Notes: a model not told the origin generated them from the sequence alone. A stretch of 53,454 nt of DNA from Christensenella sp. (GCA_036648415.1 JAVXIJ010000002.1:1-53454), one strand, 5' to 3'; numbered from the stretch's first letter, positions 10,427-20,883 are shown. Program-made: numbers and translations.

Positions 10427-11118
10427 AAGTGTTCGCAATCGGAGATTTGCATCTGTCAAATGCGCAGCCAAAGGCAATGGACATTTTCGGCGCACATTGG
10501 AAAAATCATTTTGAGAAAATCAGTGCGGATTGGCACGCGCGTGTGAGCGCTGAAGACGTGGTGCTCATCCCCGGCGATATAAGCTGGGCAATGAAGCAGG
10601 AGGATGCACAGCCCGATATTGATGCAATTGGTGCACTGCCGGGTAAAAAGATAATGATTAAAGGAAATCATGACTTCTGGTGGGGCTCCATGGCTAAAGT
10701 CAATGCAATGTTATGGGGAGACACACATATTTTGCAAAATAATTGTATTGAAGTGGGGGAGTACGTGTTTTGCGGAACGCGTGGATGGATGTTTCCGCAG
10801 GATACAAATTTTGGAGAGAATGACAGAAAAATTTATGAACGCGAAAAAATACGTTTACAGCTTTCACTTGATTCTGCAAAGAAGTGCCGGGATAAAGAAA
10901 AAATTGTGATGATGCACTTTCCGCCGATTTATCAGAATGTTCGTGATACTGAATTTAATGAGATATTACAGCGTGGAAATGTTGCAGAAGTGGTATTTGG
11001 ACATCTGCATGGAGATGTTTTGCGTAACATAAAGCTTACAGATTCTAAAGTCGGTACAGTGAATTACAATTTGGTTTCAGCGGACTATTTGGATTTCAAA
11101 TTAAAACAAATACGCTAA
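10423..11118 (+). CDS. Calcineurin-like metallophosphoesterase
   Basis: GDLH, PGD, GNHD, MHFPP and FGHLH metal-binding motifs. Confidence 0.88.
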   Translation: MKVFAIGDLHLSNAQPKAMDIFGAHWKNHFEKISADWHARVSAEDVVLIPGDISWAMKQEDAQPDIDAIGALPGKKIMIKGNHDFWWGSMAKVNAMLWGDTHILQNNCIEVGEYVFCGTRGWMFPQDTNFGENDRKIYEREKIRLQLSLDSAKKCRDKEKIVMMHFPPIYQNVRDTEFNEILQRGNVAEVVFGHLHGDVLRNIKLTDSKVGTVNYNLVSADYLDFKLKQIR

Positions 11119-11146
11119 GTTAATATTTTAAACTATAAGCTCACCG

Positions 11147-11184
11147 AAAAGACAACAATATTTTTGCTGTCTTTTCTTTTTTTT
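11147..11184 (+). terminator. Rho-independent terminator of the lon operon
   Basis: AAAAGACAACAA...TTGCTGTCTTTT followed by a long T run. Confidence 0.65.
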
Positions 11185-11196
11185 GCGTAAAAACAC

Positions 11197-11225
11197 TTGC
11201 ATAATAACAGTTAAAATGCTAAAAT
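11197..11225 (+). promoter_or_regulatory. sigmaA promoter of the dcw cluster
   Basis: TTGCAT-17 bp-TAAAAT with an extended -10 TG. Confidence 0.65.
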
Positions 11226-11232
11226 TTGATTA

Positions 11233-11260
11233 AAAGTGGTGCAAAGTGGTTAAAAGTGGT
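11233..11260 (+). promoter_or_regulatory. MraZ operator (three direct repeats)
   Basis: AAAGTGGT at 11233, 11243 and 11253 (10-bp period) between the promoter and the mraZ RBS; matches known GTGG-type MraZ boxes. Confidence 0.88.
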
Positions 11261-11280
11261 GGAAAGGAGAGTTCGCGACG

Positions 11281-11712
11281 ATGCTAATTGGTGAATATAC
11301 ACATAATTTAGATGTCAAAGGCAGAGTATTTATGCCTGCAAAATTTCGTGACGATTTAGGCGAAAGCTTTATTGTGACGAAAGGCGTAGGAAAATGTTTG
11401 TTTGTATTTTCACTTGAAGAATGGGCGAATTTTTCCGGGAAGCTTAAAGATTTGCCCGTGGCGGATGCACCTGCGCAAAGTTTTGCGCGTATGCTGTTTG
11501 CAAGCGCGTGTGAATGTGAGGGCGATAAGCAAGGGCGTATTTTGTTGCCGCAGCGCTTGAGGGATTATATTGGCGTTATCAAAGAAACGGTTATAATCGG
11601 GGTCATGACTCGGGCTGAAATTTGGTCGCAAGAGGGCTGGGCGGAATATAACGACAGCGCGTATAAAGATTATGAAGCTACACTTGCTAAATTAGCGGAG
11701 CTTGGTATATGA
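11281..11712 (+). CDS. mraZ: dcw transcriptional regulator MraZ
   Basis: GEY.H.LD.KGR..MPAKFR and a second DKQGRILLP repeat; 143 aa. Confidence 0.97.
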   Translation: MLIGEYTHNLDVKGRVFMPAKFRDDLGESFIVTKGVGKCLFVFSLEEWANFSGKLKDLPVADAPAQSFARMLFASACECEGDKQGRILLPQRLRDYIGVIKETVIIGVMTRAEIWSQEGWAEYNDSAYKDYEATLAKLAELGI

Positions 11713-12641
11713 GCGGCCATGTGCCGGTGCTTTATGAAAAGACACTGGAGTTAATAAATCTTGAAAACGGAAAGCTTATTGTGGATGGCACATTGGGCGG
11801 CGCGGGACATGCGCAAGGCATACTGGAGCGAATTTCACCTGATGGAAAACTAATTGGGATTGATAAGGACGCCGCGGCAATTGAACGCTGCACTAAGCGT
11901 CTTGAACAGTATAAAGAGCAGATAACATTGGTACACAGTGATTTTAAGCAGATTAAACAGGTACTGGAAACGCTTGGGATAAAAGAAATAGACGGTGCTG
12001 TTCTGGATTTAGGAGTATCATCCTTTCAGCTTGATGAGGGCGAACGCGGGTTTTCATATAATGCGGATGCAGCACTTGATATGAGGATGGACAGGGATAG
12101 TGCATTTTCGGCATATGACGTTGTCAATGAATATTCACAAGATGATTTGTGCCGTGTAATACGCGATTATGGTGAAGAAAAATGGGCGGCGCGCATTGCG
12201 CAGTTCATAGTGCAGGAAAGAAAAATATCGAGTATTGGCACTACCGGTCAACTGACGGAAGTGATAAAAAAGGCTATACCGGCAGGCGCGAGGAGAAACG
12301 GGCCGCATCCTTCAAAACGTACCTTTCAAGCTATACGCATAGAGGTAAACGGCGAATTGAGCGGGCTTAGTGAAGCAATAGAGGATTATGTATCGGTGTT
12401 AGCAAGCGGAGGACGGCTTGCTATCATAACTTTTCACTCTTTGGAAGATAGAATAGTTAAACAAACATTCAGAAAATTATTTGATCCATGTGAATGCCCA
12501 AAAGATTTTCCGGTGTGTGTATGCGGAAAAACCAGCCAAGTAAAGCTTATAACAAGAAAACCGTTATTGCCGACCGAAGCAGAGTTAGAAACTAATCCGC
12601 GCGCAAGAAGTGCAAAATTGCGAGTGGCAGAGAAAAGATAG
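11709..12641 (+). CDS. rsmH: 16S rRNA m4C1402 methyltransferase RsmH
   Basis: [51 protein letters not shown]. Confidence 0.97.
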   Translation: MSGHVPVLYEKTLELINLENGKLIVDGTLGGAGHAQGILERISPDGKLIGIDKDAAAIERCTKRLEQYKEQITLVHSDFKQIKQVLETLGIKEIDGAVLDLGVSSFQLDEGERGFSYNADAALDMRMDRDSAFSAYDVVNEYSQDDLCRVIRDYGEEKWAARIAQFIVQERKISSIGTTGQLTEVIKKAIPAGARRNGPHPSKRTFQAIRIEVNGELSGLSEAIEDYVSVLASGGRLAIITFHSLEDRIVKQTFRKLFDPCECPKDFPVCVCGKTSQVKLITRKPLLPTEAELETNPRARSAKLRVAEKR

Positions 12642-12657
12642 CGAGAGGAGCAGACCT

Positions 12658-13668
12658 ATGAATGCGATACCACAAAGAGCACATAGTAATTATGAAAGAA
12701 TACAATTGCCGCGTGTAGAACCGCAACGCGCAGATATGGGCCGTGTTTCTGACATGGAAGCTTATCGTATGCAAAAAATTGCTGCGGAACGTCGCCGTTT
12801 GGCACAGCAGGATCAAAAGAGCAATACAGCGCGGCGCATAGGTGAAACACGACGTTCCTCTGCTGCAGCGACACAGCAAAGAAGACCTGTGACATATGAC
12901 ACAGTGCAGCAAAGACCTGCGGCACGTAGAGATGCTCCGCGTGAAGTTCAAGGTGAAAGGTATCAAATTCGTCAATCAGGTGTACAAAATGTTGTCGGAG
13001 GCAGAAAGCTTGCGCCTGCATATGATGGATATGCTTCTTCTTTTGATAATAATGAACGTGGAAATACTGCGCGTTATGCGCGCATGGAATATGCACGTCC
13101 GCGTCCGGCGGTAAACTATGGCGGGTATGCGCCAGCGGTAAAAAGAAATCCGCGCGACTATGAACGCACTTCCGAGATTGAAAATACATCATATGATGGT
13201 ATAAAGCCAATTGCAGTGGAGTATGAGGGTTCAAAGAAAAAAGGTGTTGTTTCTACAATATTGCTGATTGCATTTGTTTTTGCGATACTTTGCGGAATAG
13301 TGATTCGCTATGCTTCTATTAGTGATATAAGCTATAAAAATGCGCAAATTCAAACGGAAAATGCGGTTTTGGCAGATGAGCTTGATAAAGTAAAAATGGA
13401 TAACGCTTTAAAAGAAGACCTTAACGGTATACAGCAAAAGGCTTCATCTGAGCTTGGAATGTATTATCCTAAGGATGAGCAAATTCAGTATTTAGAATCG
13501 GATGCAGCGGAAACGGAAGCTGAAGCAAGTACGGAAATCGTGCAACAAAAAGAACCGGACGTTACACAAAATCAAAATGAAAAAATTGACAGCACAAATT
13601 TCCTTGATGGCGTAAAGAACTTCTTTGCGGGTATAATGGAGGTCGTGGGCGGTTGGTTCCAAAGATAA
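12658..13668 (+). CDS. FtsL-like cell division protein with a long low-complexity N-terminal extension
   Basis: Occupies the ftsL position. Single TM helix, then a coiled coil ending A..ELGM.YP. GAGAGGAG RBS precedes ATG 12658. Confidence 0.7.
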   Translation: MNAIPQRAHSNYERIQLPRVEPQRADMGRVSDMEAYRMQKIAAERRRLAQQDQKSNTARRIGETRRSSAAATQQRRPVTYDTVQQRPAARRDAPREVQGERYQIRQSGVQNVVGGRKLAPAYDGYASSFDNNERGNTARYARMEYARPRPAVNYGGYAPAVKRNPRDYERTSEIENTSYDGIKPIAVEYEGSKKKGVVSTILLIAFVFAILCGIVIRYASISDISYKNAQIQTENAVLADELDKVKMDNALKEDLNGIQQKASSELGMYYPKDEQIQYLESDAAETEAEASTEIVQQKEPDVTQNQNEKIDSTNFLDGVKNFFAGIMEVVGGWFQR

Positions 13669-13684
13669 GTAAGGAGTTGTTAGT

Positions 13685-15787
13685 TTGGCGACCTCACATG
13701 TTGTAACCACACGAAAAAGGCTTTTTTGGTTATTAGTTATATTTATGGTGTTTATTGTCCTACTCATGGCAAGAGTGGGATATTGGTCTTTGTGGAAAGG
13801 CGATTGGTTAAAAGCACAGGCGGAAACACAGTGGGTAAAAGATACTGAAGTGGGTGCAAAGCGCGGTTCCATAATGGATAGAAATATGCAAATACTTGCG
13901 CAAAGCGCGGCGGCAGATACAGTGGTATTGTTGCCGGAGAAGATAGCAAAGGAAGAAAATGCTGAAGCGGTGGCGGATAACCTTTCACAAATATTAGGGC
14001 TGGATCGTGAAGTGGTATATGCTAAAGCGACTAATACGGATAAAAAAGAAATTTGGCTAAAGCGTCAAATATCTACTGAAGAATCAAATGCGATAGAGGC
14101 GCTTGGTCTTAAAGGCGTGGCATTTCGAGATGATGTAAAGCGCTTTTATCCAAACAAAGATTTTGCCTCACAGGTGATTGGTTATACCAACCTTGACGGT
14201 GAAGGACAAACAGGAATAGAGCGCAGATATAATACTACACTTGCGGGACGGGACGGCAGGCAGGTTGCGGAAACGGCTAAAGACGGCAGTGGTGTTCCGA
14301 ATGAAAGGCAAATGCAAATAGAGCCGCAGGATGGGCAGAATGTTGTACTGACTGTTGATGAAATAACGCAGAGCTTTCTTGAAACCTCATGTAAGGAGCT
14401 TTTTGATGCGCAGGCACCTGACAGCGTACAAGGAATCGTTATGGATGTGACAAACGGCGAAGTACTTGCTATGGCAAATATTCCGGAATTTGATTTAAAT
14501 GCACCGCCGCGTGAAGACGCGGCGGCGCTTGCCGCTCTTTCGGTTAATGCACTTTCGGCAACGGCATATGAACCCGGAAATATTTTCGGGCTATTTACAA
14601 CGTCGGCGGCAATTGACAGCGGAAAAGCCGAAAATGAGTATAATTGTACAGGAACATATCCTATTGAGGGGGAAACCATTTTTTGCAATACAGTACACGG
14701 TATGCAAAATATCGGTGAAACATTGACAGGCCATTGCAGTGTAGGCGGCGCAATGCAAGCGGCGCAGATGCAGAAAGATGATTTTTATAAATATCTGAAA
14801 GCCTTTGGTTTTGGACAAAAAACAGGTATAGATTTTTCGACTGATACTCCCGGGGATGTTACCCAAAAACGGTATGCGCGTGAAACAGATATTGCCATGA
14901 TGGGCGCGGGGACAGATATAAAGGTTTCACAGATACAGCTTGCAAGCGCGGCTGCCTCAATTATAAACGGTGGGACACTGTACACACCCAAAATGGTTAT
15001 AGGGTTATCGGATGCACAAGGCAATATGGTGCAGACATATGAACCACAGCCCAAAGGACAGTCTGTTTCTAATGAAACAGCAATACAGGTAAAAGGAATG
15101 CTTGAGGGAATTGCGCAATCTGATAAGGGAATACAGATTGCGGGTTATTCAACAGGAAGCACATACGGCACCGCGCAATATGAAAAGGACGGCGTGATAG
15201 TGCAGGATAAAGAAATAGCCACATATATAGCATATGCACCGGCAGATCATCCTAAGTATATGGTGATGATTACTGCTACAGGTATTACGTCCACAAAAAA
15301 CGGCGGCACGATATGCGCGCCATATGTACAGCAGGCGCTTACGGGTACGCTTAAAAATGGGAATGTTATGCCGAGCGAAGATATGCAAGCGCAGGAAAAG
15401 GCAGTCGTGCCGAGCGTAGTGGGTATGGATTTGCAGACAGCGCGCGATACGCTTGCAAATGCGGGATTCAAGGTCATATATGACGGAAGCGGCATTGTGC
15501 AAAGCCAAATTCCTGCTGCGGGGGAAGAGATATACAAGAACGCCAATGTGAGCCTTGCGATGGAAACAAAAACAGCGCAGCCGACAGCGGCGGACAAGAT
15601 AGTTGTTCCGAATTTTGCGGGAATGGATATTACGACGGCAAGAGACACCGCAATTTCATCAGGGCTTGTGTTTATTGCACGAGGGGATGGAACAGCACAA
15701 AATCAGTCACCGGCGGCGGGCTCTCAAGTGGAAAAAGGAAGCAGCGCAGTTATTGATTTCAAACTACCGATTGCGCCCGCGCAGTAG
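13685..15787 (+). CDS. Class B penicillin-binding protein (FtsI/SpoVD-like) with two PASTA domains; catalytic motifs degenerate
   Basis: N-terminal TM, RGSI.DRN, KRFYP, G.TGIE..Y, GEVLAMA and FGFG.KTGID class B motifs; C-terminal VPSVVG and VPNFAG PASTA repeats. Confidence 0.9.
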   Translation: MATSHVVTTRKRLFWLLVIFMVFIVLLMARVGYWSLWKGDWLKAQAETQWVKDTEVGAKRGSIMDRNMQILAQSAAADTVVLLPEKIAKEENAEAVADNLSQILGLDREVVYAKATNTDKKEIWLKRQISTEESNAIEALGLKGVAFRDDVKRFYPNKDFASQVIGYTNLDGEGQTGIERRYNTTLAGRDGRQVAETAKDGSGVPNERQMQIEPQDGQNVVLTVDEITQSFLETSCKELFDAQAPDSVQGIVMDVTNGEVLAMANIPEFDLNAPPREDAAALAALSVNALSATAYEPGNIFGLFTTSAAIDSGKAENEYNCTGTYPIEGETIFCNTVHGMQNIGETLTGHCSVGGAMQAAQMQKDDFYKYLKAFGFGQKTGIDFSTDTPGDVTQKRYARETDIAMMGAGTDIKVSQIQLASAAASIINGGTLYTPKMVIGLSDAQGNMVQTYEPQPKGQSVSNETAIQVKGMLEGIAQSDKGIQIAGYSTGSTYGTAQYEKDGVIVQDKEIATYIAYAPADHPKYMVMITATGITSTKNGGTICAPYVQQALTGTLKNGNVMPSEDMQAQEKAVVPSVVGMDLQTARDTLANAGFKVIYDGSGIVQSQIPAAGEEIYKNANVSLAMETKTAQPTAADKIVVPNFAGMDITTARDTAISSGLVFIARGDGTAQNQSPAAGSQVEKGSSAVIDFKLPIAPAQ

Positions 15788-15842
15788 ATGTATACAACAT
15801 TTTGTGGTATAATAAAATCTGAAATCTTGGAGGATACAAGAA

Positions 15843-17318
15843 ATGAGATTAAATGAATTGTTTCGCGATATTGATTGCGATATATATGGTGATGCAGAAA
15901 CGAATATAATTGATTTAAAATATGATTCGCGCAAAGTGTGCAAAGGCGATCTTTTTTTCTGTATTTCGGGCATTGCAGAGGATGGACATAAATATGCGGC
16001 GGATGCTGTTCGGGCGGGCGCGGCGGCACTTGCGGTGACGGAATTACAAACAGAGATAGATATACCGCAGGTGGTAGTGAAAGACGACAGAAAAGCAATG
16101 GCAATGGCGGCGTGTCGTTTTTTTGATTATCCGGCAAGACGCATGAAAATGATAGGCGTAACGGGCACTAACGGAAAAACTACTATTACATATATGTTAA
16201 AGGCAATAGCAGAGCAGGCAGGGATTAAAGTAGGGATTATAGGTACTATTCATAATATGATTGGCAATGATGTCATCCATACAGAGCGCACAACACCTGA
16301 GTCAGTTGATTTACAGAGGCTGTTAAAGGAAATGGCAGATGCAAAGTGTGATATGGCAGTAATGGAGGTTTCCTCTCATTCACTTGTGCTGCGGCGCGTG
16401 TTTGGGATTGAGTTTGACATTGGGATTTTCACTAATTTGACGCAGGATCATATGGATTTTCATGAAACTTGGGACAATTATATTGCGGCTAAGAGTATGC
16501 TATTTGAACAATCAGAGGTTTCAATTATAAATATTGATGATGACAGTGCTGCAAATATGATGGGTGCGGCAAAACGCGAGGTTATTAAGTACAGTGTTTT
16601 GCAGCCTATACAATATGCGGCAAAAAACATTGAAATCACACATGAAAAAACGAAGTTTTCTGTGGAAGTGGATGGGCGTACACTGCATATAGAGGTCGGA
16701 ATTCCGGGATACTTTACAGTGTATAATGCGTTAGGTGCGATTGTGGCGAGCAGCGCTGCGGGCATTGATATATATTGCATTGAACAGGGACTGAAAAGCA
16801 TGAAGCCGGTAGACGGAAGATTTGAACCGCTTGATACGCACGGCAGGGATTTCAGCATAATTTTAGACTATGCTCACACTCCGGATAGCCTAAAAAATGC
16901 TCTTGATACAGTGAAGAACTTTGCACCGGCGCGTGTGGTTACAATTTTTGGATGCGGCGGAAACAGGGATACCACAAAACGAGCGATTATGGGGAAAATC
17001 GCGGGCGAAAGATCGGATGAAACGATTATAACATCAGACAATCCGCGTTTTGAAGAACCCTCTGCAATAATAGCTCAAATAGAAGAGGGCATCAAGACTA
17101 CAGGCGGGAAATACAGATGTATAGAAAATCGCAGGGAAGCCATTGAGTATGCACTGCGTAACGCAAAAAAGGATGATGTAATTCTGCTTGCAGGAAAAGG
17201 GCATGAGGATTATCAGGAAATAAAGGGCGTAAAGCACAACTTTGATGAAAAGGTTGTGGTGGAAGAAATATTGAGCCGACTTGCTCCTGCAAAAAATAAA
17301 TTGAGTAAAGAGGTATAA
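15843..17318 (+). CDS. murE: UDP-MurNAc-L-Ala-D-Glu:meso-DAP ligase
   Basis: GVTGTNGKTT, TTPES, MEVSSH, DYAHTPD, DNPR (meso-DAP specificity), AGKGHE; TGGTATAAT extended -10 in the preceding gap. Confidence 0.96.
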   Translation: MRLNELFRDIDCDIYGDAETNIIDLKYDSRKVCKGDLFFCISGIAEDGHKYAADAVRAGAAALAVTELQTEIDIPQVVVKDDRKAMAMAACRFFDYPARRMKMIGVTGTNGKTTITYMLKAIAEQAGIKVGIIGTIHNMIGNDVIHTERTTPESVDLQRLLKEMADAKCDMAVMEVSSHSLVLRRVFGIEFDIGIFTNLTQDHMDFHETWDNYIAAKSMLFEQSEVSIINIDDDSAANMMGAAKREVIKYSVLQPIQYAAKNIEITHEKTKFSVEVDGRTLHIEVGIPGYFTVYNALGAIVASSAAGIDIYCIEQGLKSMKPVDGRFEPLDTHGRDFSIILDYAHTPDSLKNALDTVKNFAPARVVTIFGCGGNRDTTKRAIMGKIAGERSDETIITSDNPRFEEPSAIIAQIEEGIKTTGGKYRCIENRREAIEYALRNAKKDDVILLAGKGHEDYQEIKGVKHNFDEKVVVEEILSRLAPAKNKLSKEV

Positions 17319-17324
17319 CTGTTC

Positions 17325-18338
17325 ATGAATTTCACGTTAAATTTATTGCTTACGATTTTAATTTCATTTGTAATTACTTTTGTAGCAGCTAAAATTTTGA
17401 TTCCGCTTTTAAAAAAAGTTAAGGCGGGGCAGCACGTGCGTGACGACGGACCGCAGACGCATTTGGTTAAAGAGGGAACGCCCACAATGGGGGGCATTGC
17501 GATGATGATTGGCATCATTGCCGCGAGTTTTATTTTTTCGTCGGGGGACATTAAATATACGTTGTTTGCGGTTATAACGGTGCTTTCATTTGCAATTATT
17601 GGTTTTTTAGACGATGGCTTAAAGTTGTTCAAAAAACGTTCGCTTGGGCTTAGGGCATGGCAGAAAATTGTGTTGCAGATTATAGCGGCGGCGATCGTGT
17701 CTTGTCTTGCGTATTATTGGTTGAAAATTGATTTTGTTGTTGTTCCTGTTTCGGGAGATTCGTGGAATATGGGTTGGGGCTTTATACCGTTTACAATGTT
17801 TGTGCTGATTGCGATGGTGAACAGTGTAAATTTAACAGATGGATTGGATGGGCTTGCCACAGGAATTACGCTCATAAATTCAGCAACATTTTTATTGATT
17901 TTTGTGTTAAGCGTGCTTGGAGCAGTCATGACAGCAGGGCGGGAAATTGTTGCGGACATGTCTAATATGACGATGTTTACAGCGGCAGTCGCAGGCTCGT
18001 GCGTCGCATTTTTGTGTTTTAATGCACATCCGGCAAAGGTTTTCATGGGGGATACAGGCTCGTTTGCTTTAGGGGCGGCGCTTACGGCTATGGGAATTGC
18101 GACGGGTATGCAGTTGTTTTTACCCATTATGGGATTTATGTTCGTGCTGTCCTCTATATCGGTTATCATTCAAGTAGGGTCATTCAAACTGCGCGGGAAA
18201 CGTGTATTTCGCATGGCACCGCTGCATCACCATTTTGAACTTGGCGGTGCAAGTGAAACCAAGGTAGTGGCAGGGTATATGATTGCAACGGCACTGCTGT
18301 GTATCGGGTGCTTTGTACTGTTTTTTGTGTCGTTTTAA
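17325..18338 (+). CDS. mraY: Phospho-MurNAc-pentapeptide transferase
   Basis: K.GTPTMGG, GFLDD, NLTDGLDGL, FMGDTGS, MAPLHHHFE. Confidence 0.97.
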   Translation: MNFTLNLLLTILISFVITFVAAKILIPLLKKVKAGQHVRDDGPQTHLVKEGTPTMGGIAMMIGIIAASFIFSSGDIKYTLFAVITVLSFAIIGFLDDGLKLFKKRSLGLRAWQKIVLQIIAAAIVSCLAYYWLKIDFVVVPVSGDSWNMGWGFIPFTMFVLIAMVNSVNLTDGLDGLATGITLINSATFLLIFVLSVLGAVMTAGREIVADMSNMTMFTAAVAGSCVAFLCFNAHPAKVFMGDTGSFALGAALTAMGIATGMQLFLPIMGFMFVLSSISVIIQVGSFKLRGKRVFRMAPLHHHFELGGASETKVVAGYMIATALLCIGCFVLFFVSF

Positions 18339-18361
18339 ATGTATAACGGAGGCTTGTTATA

Positions 18362-19717
18362 ATGGATTATAAAAATAAAAAAGTGCTTGTGGTCGGCATG
18401 GCAAGAAGCGGCGTTTCTGCGGCTGTGCTGCTGTGCAAATTAGGGGCGGATGTCACGATATATGACGCGAAAGATGAAGCTGATTTACCTGAAAATGTGT
18501 TGGCGGAATTAAAGGATTTTTCGTATCATGATATGCTTGGCAAAAATCCAACGGATCATATTGCTGAAATGGATATTCTTGTGTTAAGCCCGGGTGTGCC
18601 GCTCGATTTGCCGTTTATTAAAAAGGCATACGAGCTTAATAAAGCTGTTATTGCCGAGATTGAATTGGGATTTGATGTTGCAAAAACGGATTTCATTGCG
18701 ATTACAGGAACAAACGGAAAAACAACCACGACGGCGCTTACGGGTGAGATTTTTAAAAACGCCGGCATAACTACTCATGTGCTTGGCAATATCGGCGTGC
18801 CGATAACAAAAGAAGCCTTGGAAATAAAGGCGGGAGATGTGGTAGTTGCCGAAACAGCAGCGCTTCAGCTTGATACAATTGCAGAGTATCATCCAAAGGA
18901 AAGCGCGATACTAAATATCACAGAGGATCATCTGAACCGCTATAAGACAATGGATAATTACATTGCGGCGAAAGCAAAAATATTCAAAAATCAAACAGCC
19001 TCGGATTATTGCGTGCTTAATTATGATAATGAGCTTGTAAGGAATCTCAAGGATAATATAAGCGCTAAAGTTTTATGGTTCAGCACTAATATTGTGCCGG
19101 AAAACGGAGCGTTTATAGAGAACGGTAATATTTGCTTTAAATCAGACGGAAAGCAAACGGTTATTATGCCTGCTAAAGATGTGCGCATTCCGGGTCATCA
19201 TAATTTAGAAAACGCGCTTGCTGCAACGGCGTTGGCATACATATACGGAATATCGGCGGAGGTAATCGCGCACACATTACGCACTTTTGCTGGGGTAGAG
19301 CACCGAATAGAGTTTGTGCGGACGGTGAATGGCGTTACATTTATCAATGATTCAAAGGGTACAAATACAGATGCAACAGAAAATGCAATACGCGCAATGA
19401 TTACTCCTACCGTGCTGATATTAGGCGGTTATGATAAACAAAGTGATTTTGTACCGCTATATCGCGCGTTTACACCTATGATAAAGGCGGTTGTAATATT
19501 GGGTGATACGGCGGAAAAGCTTATGGCAGCGGCGCAGGAGTGTGGTTATGACAATTACATTAAGGCTAACAGCTTTGAAGATGCGGTGTTAAAAGCATAC
19601 AGCATAGCAGATGGCGGCGATAATGTGTTGCTTTCTCCTGCTTGCGCAAGCTGGGATATGTTTGAGGATTTTGAACAAAGAGGGCGCGTGTTTAAGGAAA
19701 TTGTGAATGGACTTTAA
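18362..19717 (+). CDS. murD: UDP-MurNAc-L-Ala:D-Glu ligase
   Basis: LSPGVP, AITGTNGKTTTT, NDSKGTN, LLSPACASWDMF. Confidence 0.96.
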   Translation: MDYKNKKVLVVGMARSGVSAAVLLCKLGADVTIYDAKDEADLPENVLAELKDFSYHDMLGKNPTDHIAEMDILVLSPGVPLDLPFIKKAYELNKAVIAEIELGFDVAKTDFIAITGTNGKTTTTALTGEIFKNAGITTHVLGNIGVPITKEALEIKAGDVVVAETAALQLDTIAEYHPKESAILNITEDHLNRYKTMDNYIAAKAKIFKNQTASDYCVLNYDNELVRNLKDNISAKVLWFSTNIVPENGAFIENGNICFKSDGKQTVIMPAKDVRIPGHHNLENALAATALAYIYGISAEVIAHTLRTFAGVEHRIEFVRTVNGVTFINDSKGTNTDATENAIRAMITPTVLILGGYDKQSDFVPLYRAFTPMIKAVVILGDTAEKLMAAAQECGYDNYIKANSFEDAVLKAYSIADGGDNVLLSPACASWDMFEDFEQRGRVFKEIVNGL

Positions 19718-20873
19718 AATGCAGAAAAAGAATATTTTACAAAAGGGGTCGATTGATTATTCATTGCTCATCGTAACATTGATATTGATTGCTTATGGGC
19801 TGATTATGGTTTTCAGTGCCAGCTACTATATGGCACAATCTTCAGCCGCATATAATTATGACGGATTGGCGCTTTTCAAAAAGCAGCTTTTCGGCGCGGC
19901 GATAGGGCTTGCGGCAATGATATTTTTTATGTTGTTTGATTATAAAAAGCTGTTTAAGTTTCGGTATGTTTTTTTGGCGATTGCGGGTATTTTTCTTGTG
20001 GCGGTTCTTATTCCGAGCATAGGCGTGAACCTTAATGGTTCGTCAAGATGGATAAGAATTTTGGGAATAAGTATACAGCCTGCGGAAATTGCAAAATTTG
20101 CGCTGATTATATTCATAGCTGCTTCGGTTTATATAAATCGCAACAGGATGGATACATTTAGGTTTGGAATTGCTCCAACACTTATTATGCTTCTTCCGAT
20201 TTGTTTGCTGCTGTATTTTCAGCCGAACTATTCTGCGATTATAGTGTTGTGTGCGCTCGCATTTATCATGGTTTTTGTAGGCGGCGTAAAGGGATGGCAT
20301 TTAGCTGCGGTGGGCGGCGTTGGTGCGATAGGCGTTATTGTTATGATGCTGCGTAAAGTATATCGTGTCAATCGCATAACATCCTTTTTTGATCCGTGGC
20401 AAAATCCTACGGGGGACGGGTATCAAGTAATTCAATCATTGTTGGGAATCGGCTCGGGGGGGCTTTTTGGGCAGGGAATAGGAAACGGTACACAGAAGCT
20501 GTCATGGTTGCCTTATGGTGAATCGGATTTTATATTTTCGATAATTACAGAGGAATTAGGGCTTATAGGTGCGATAGTGTTGCTTGCGCTCTTTGTTTGG
20601 CTGATATACAGAGGGGTTAAGGTTGCGGCTACTGCACCCGACCTTTTTGGCACGATGCTGGCGACTGGCATCATTACACTCATTGGCTTGCAAGTGATTG
20701 TGAACGTGGGGGTGGTAACGGCATCCTTGCCTCCGACAGGGGTATCACTGCCGTTTATAAGCTATGGAAGCTCATCACTTGTAATATTTATGAGTATGAT
20801 TGGAATATTGCTGAATATATCAAAACAAGGACGGCGTATTATGATGACAAATGCCGCAAAGCAGCGGGCATGA
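19707..20873 (+). CDS. ftsW: SEDS peptidoglycan polymerase FtsW/SpoVE
   Basis: NGSSRWI, QPAE.AK, GYQ..QS, ESDFIF with the catalytic Asp retained, LPFISYGSSS. Confidence 0.92.
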   Translation: MDFKMQKKNILQKGSIDYSLLIVTLILIAYGLIMVFSASYYMAQSSAAYNYDGLALFKKQLFGAAIGLAAMIFFMLFDYKKLFKFRYVFLAIAGIFLVAVLIPSIGVNLNGSSRWIRILGISIQPAEIAKFALIIFIAASVYINRNRMDTFRFGIAPTLIMLLPICLLLYFQPNYSAIIVLCALAFIMVFVGGVKGWHLAAVGGVGAIGVIVMMLRKVYRVNRITSFFDPWQNPTGDGYQVIQSLLGIGSGGLFGQGIGNGTQKLSWLPYGESDFIFSIITEELGLIGAIVLLALFVWLIYRGVKVAATAPDLFGTMLATGIITLIGLQVIVNVGVVTASLPPTGVSLPFISYGSSSLVIFMSMIGILLNISKQGRRIMMTNAAKQRA

Positions 20874-20883
20874 TGGAGGAAGC

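Noticed and set aside
11233-11260. Short direct-repeat array as a CRISPR or novel repeat
   Set aside because: 8-bp units with a 10-bp period and no spacers; this is the expected MraZ operator.
12610-12657. Upstream GTG start for the FtsL-like ORF
   Set aside because: It overlaps rsmH by 32 bp; ATG 12658 has a strong GAGAGGAG RBS.
13685-15787. Calling the PBP gene a pseudogene
   Set aside because: No stop or frameshift, good RBS, and non-catalytic motifs are preserved; treated as a pseudo-enzyme instead.
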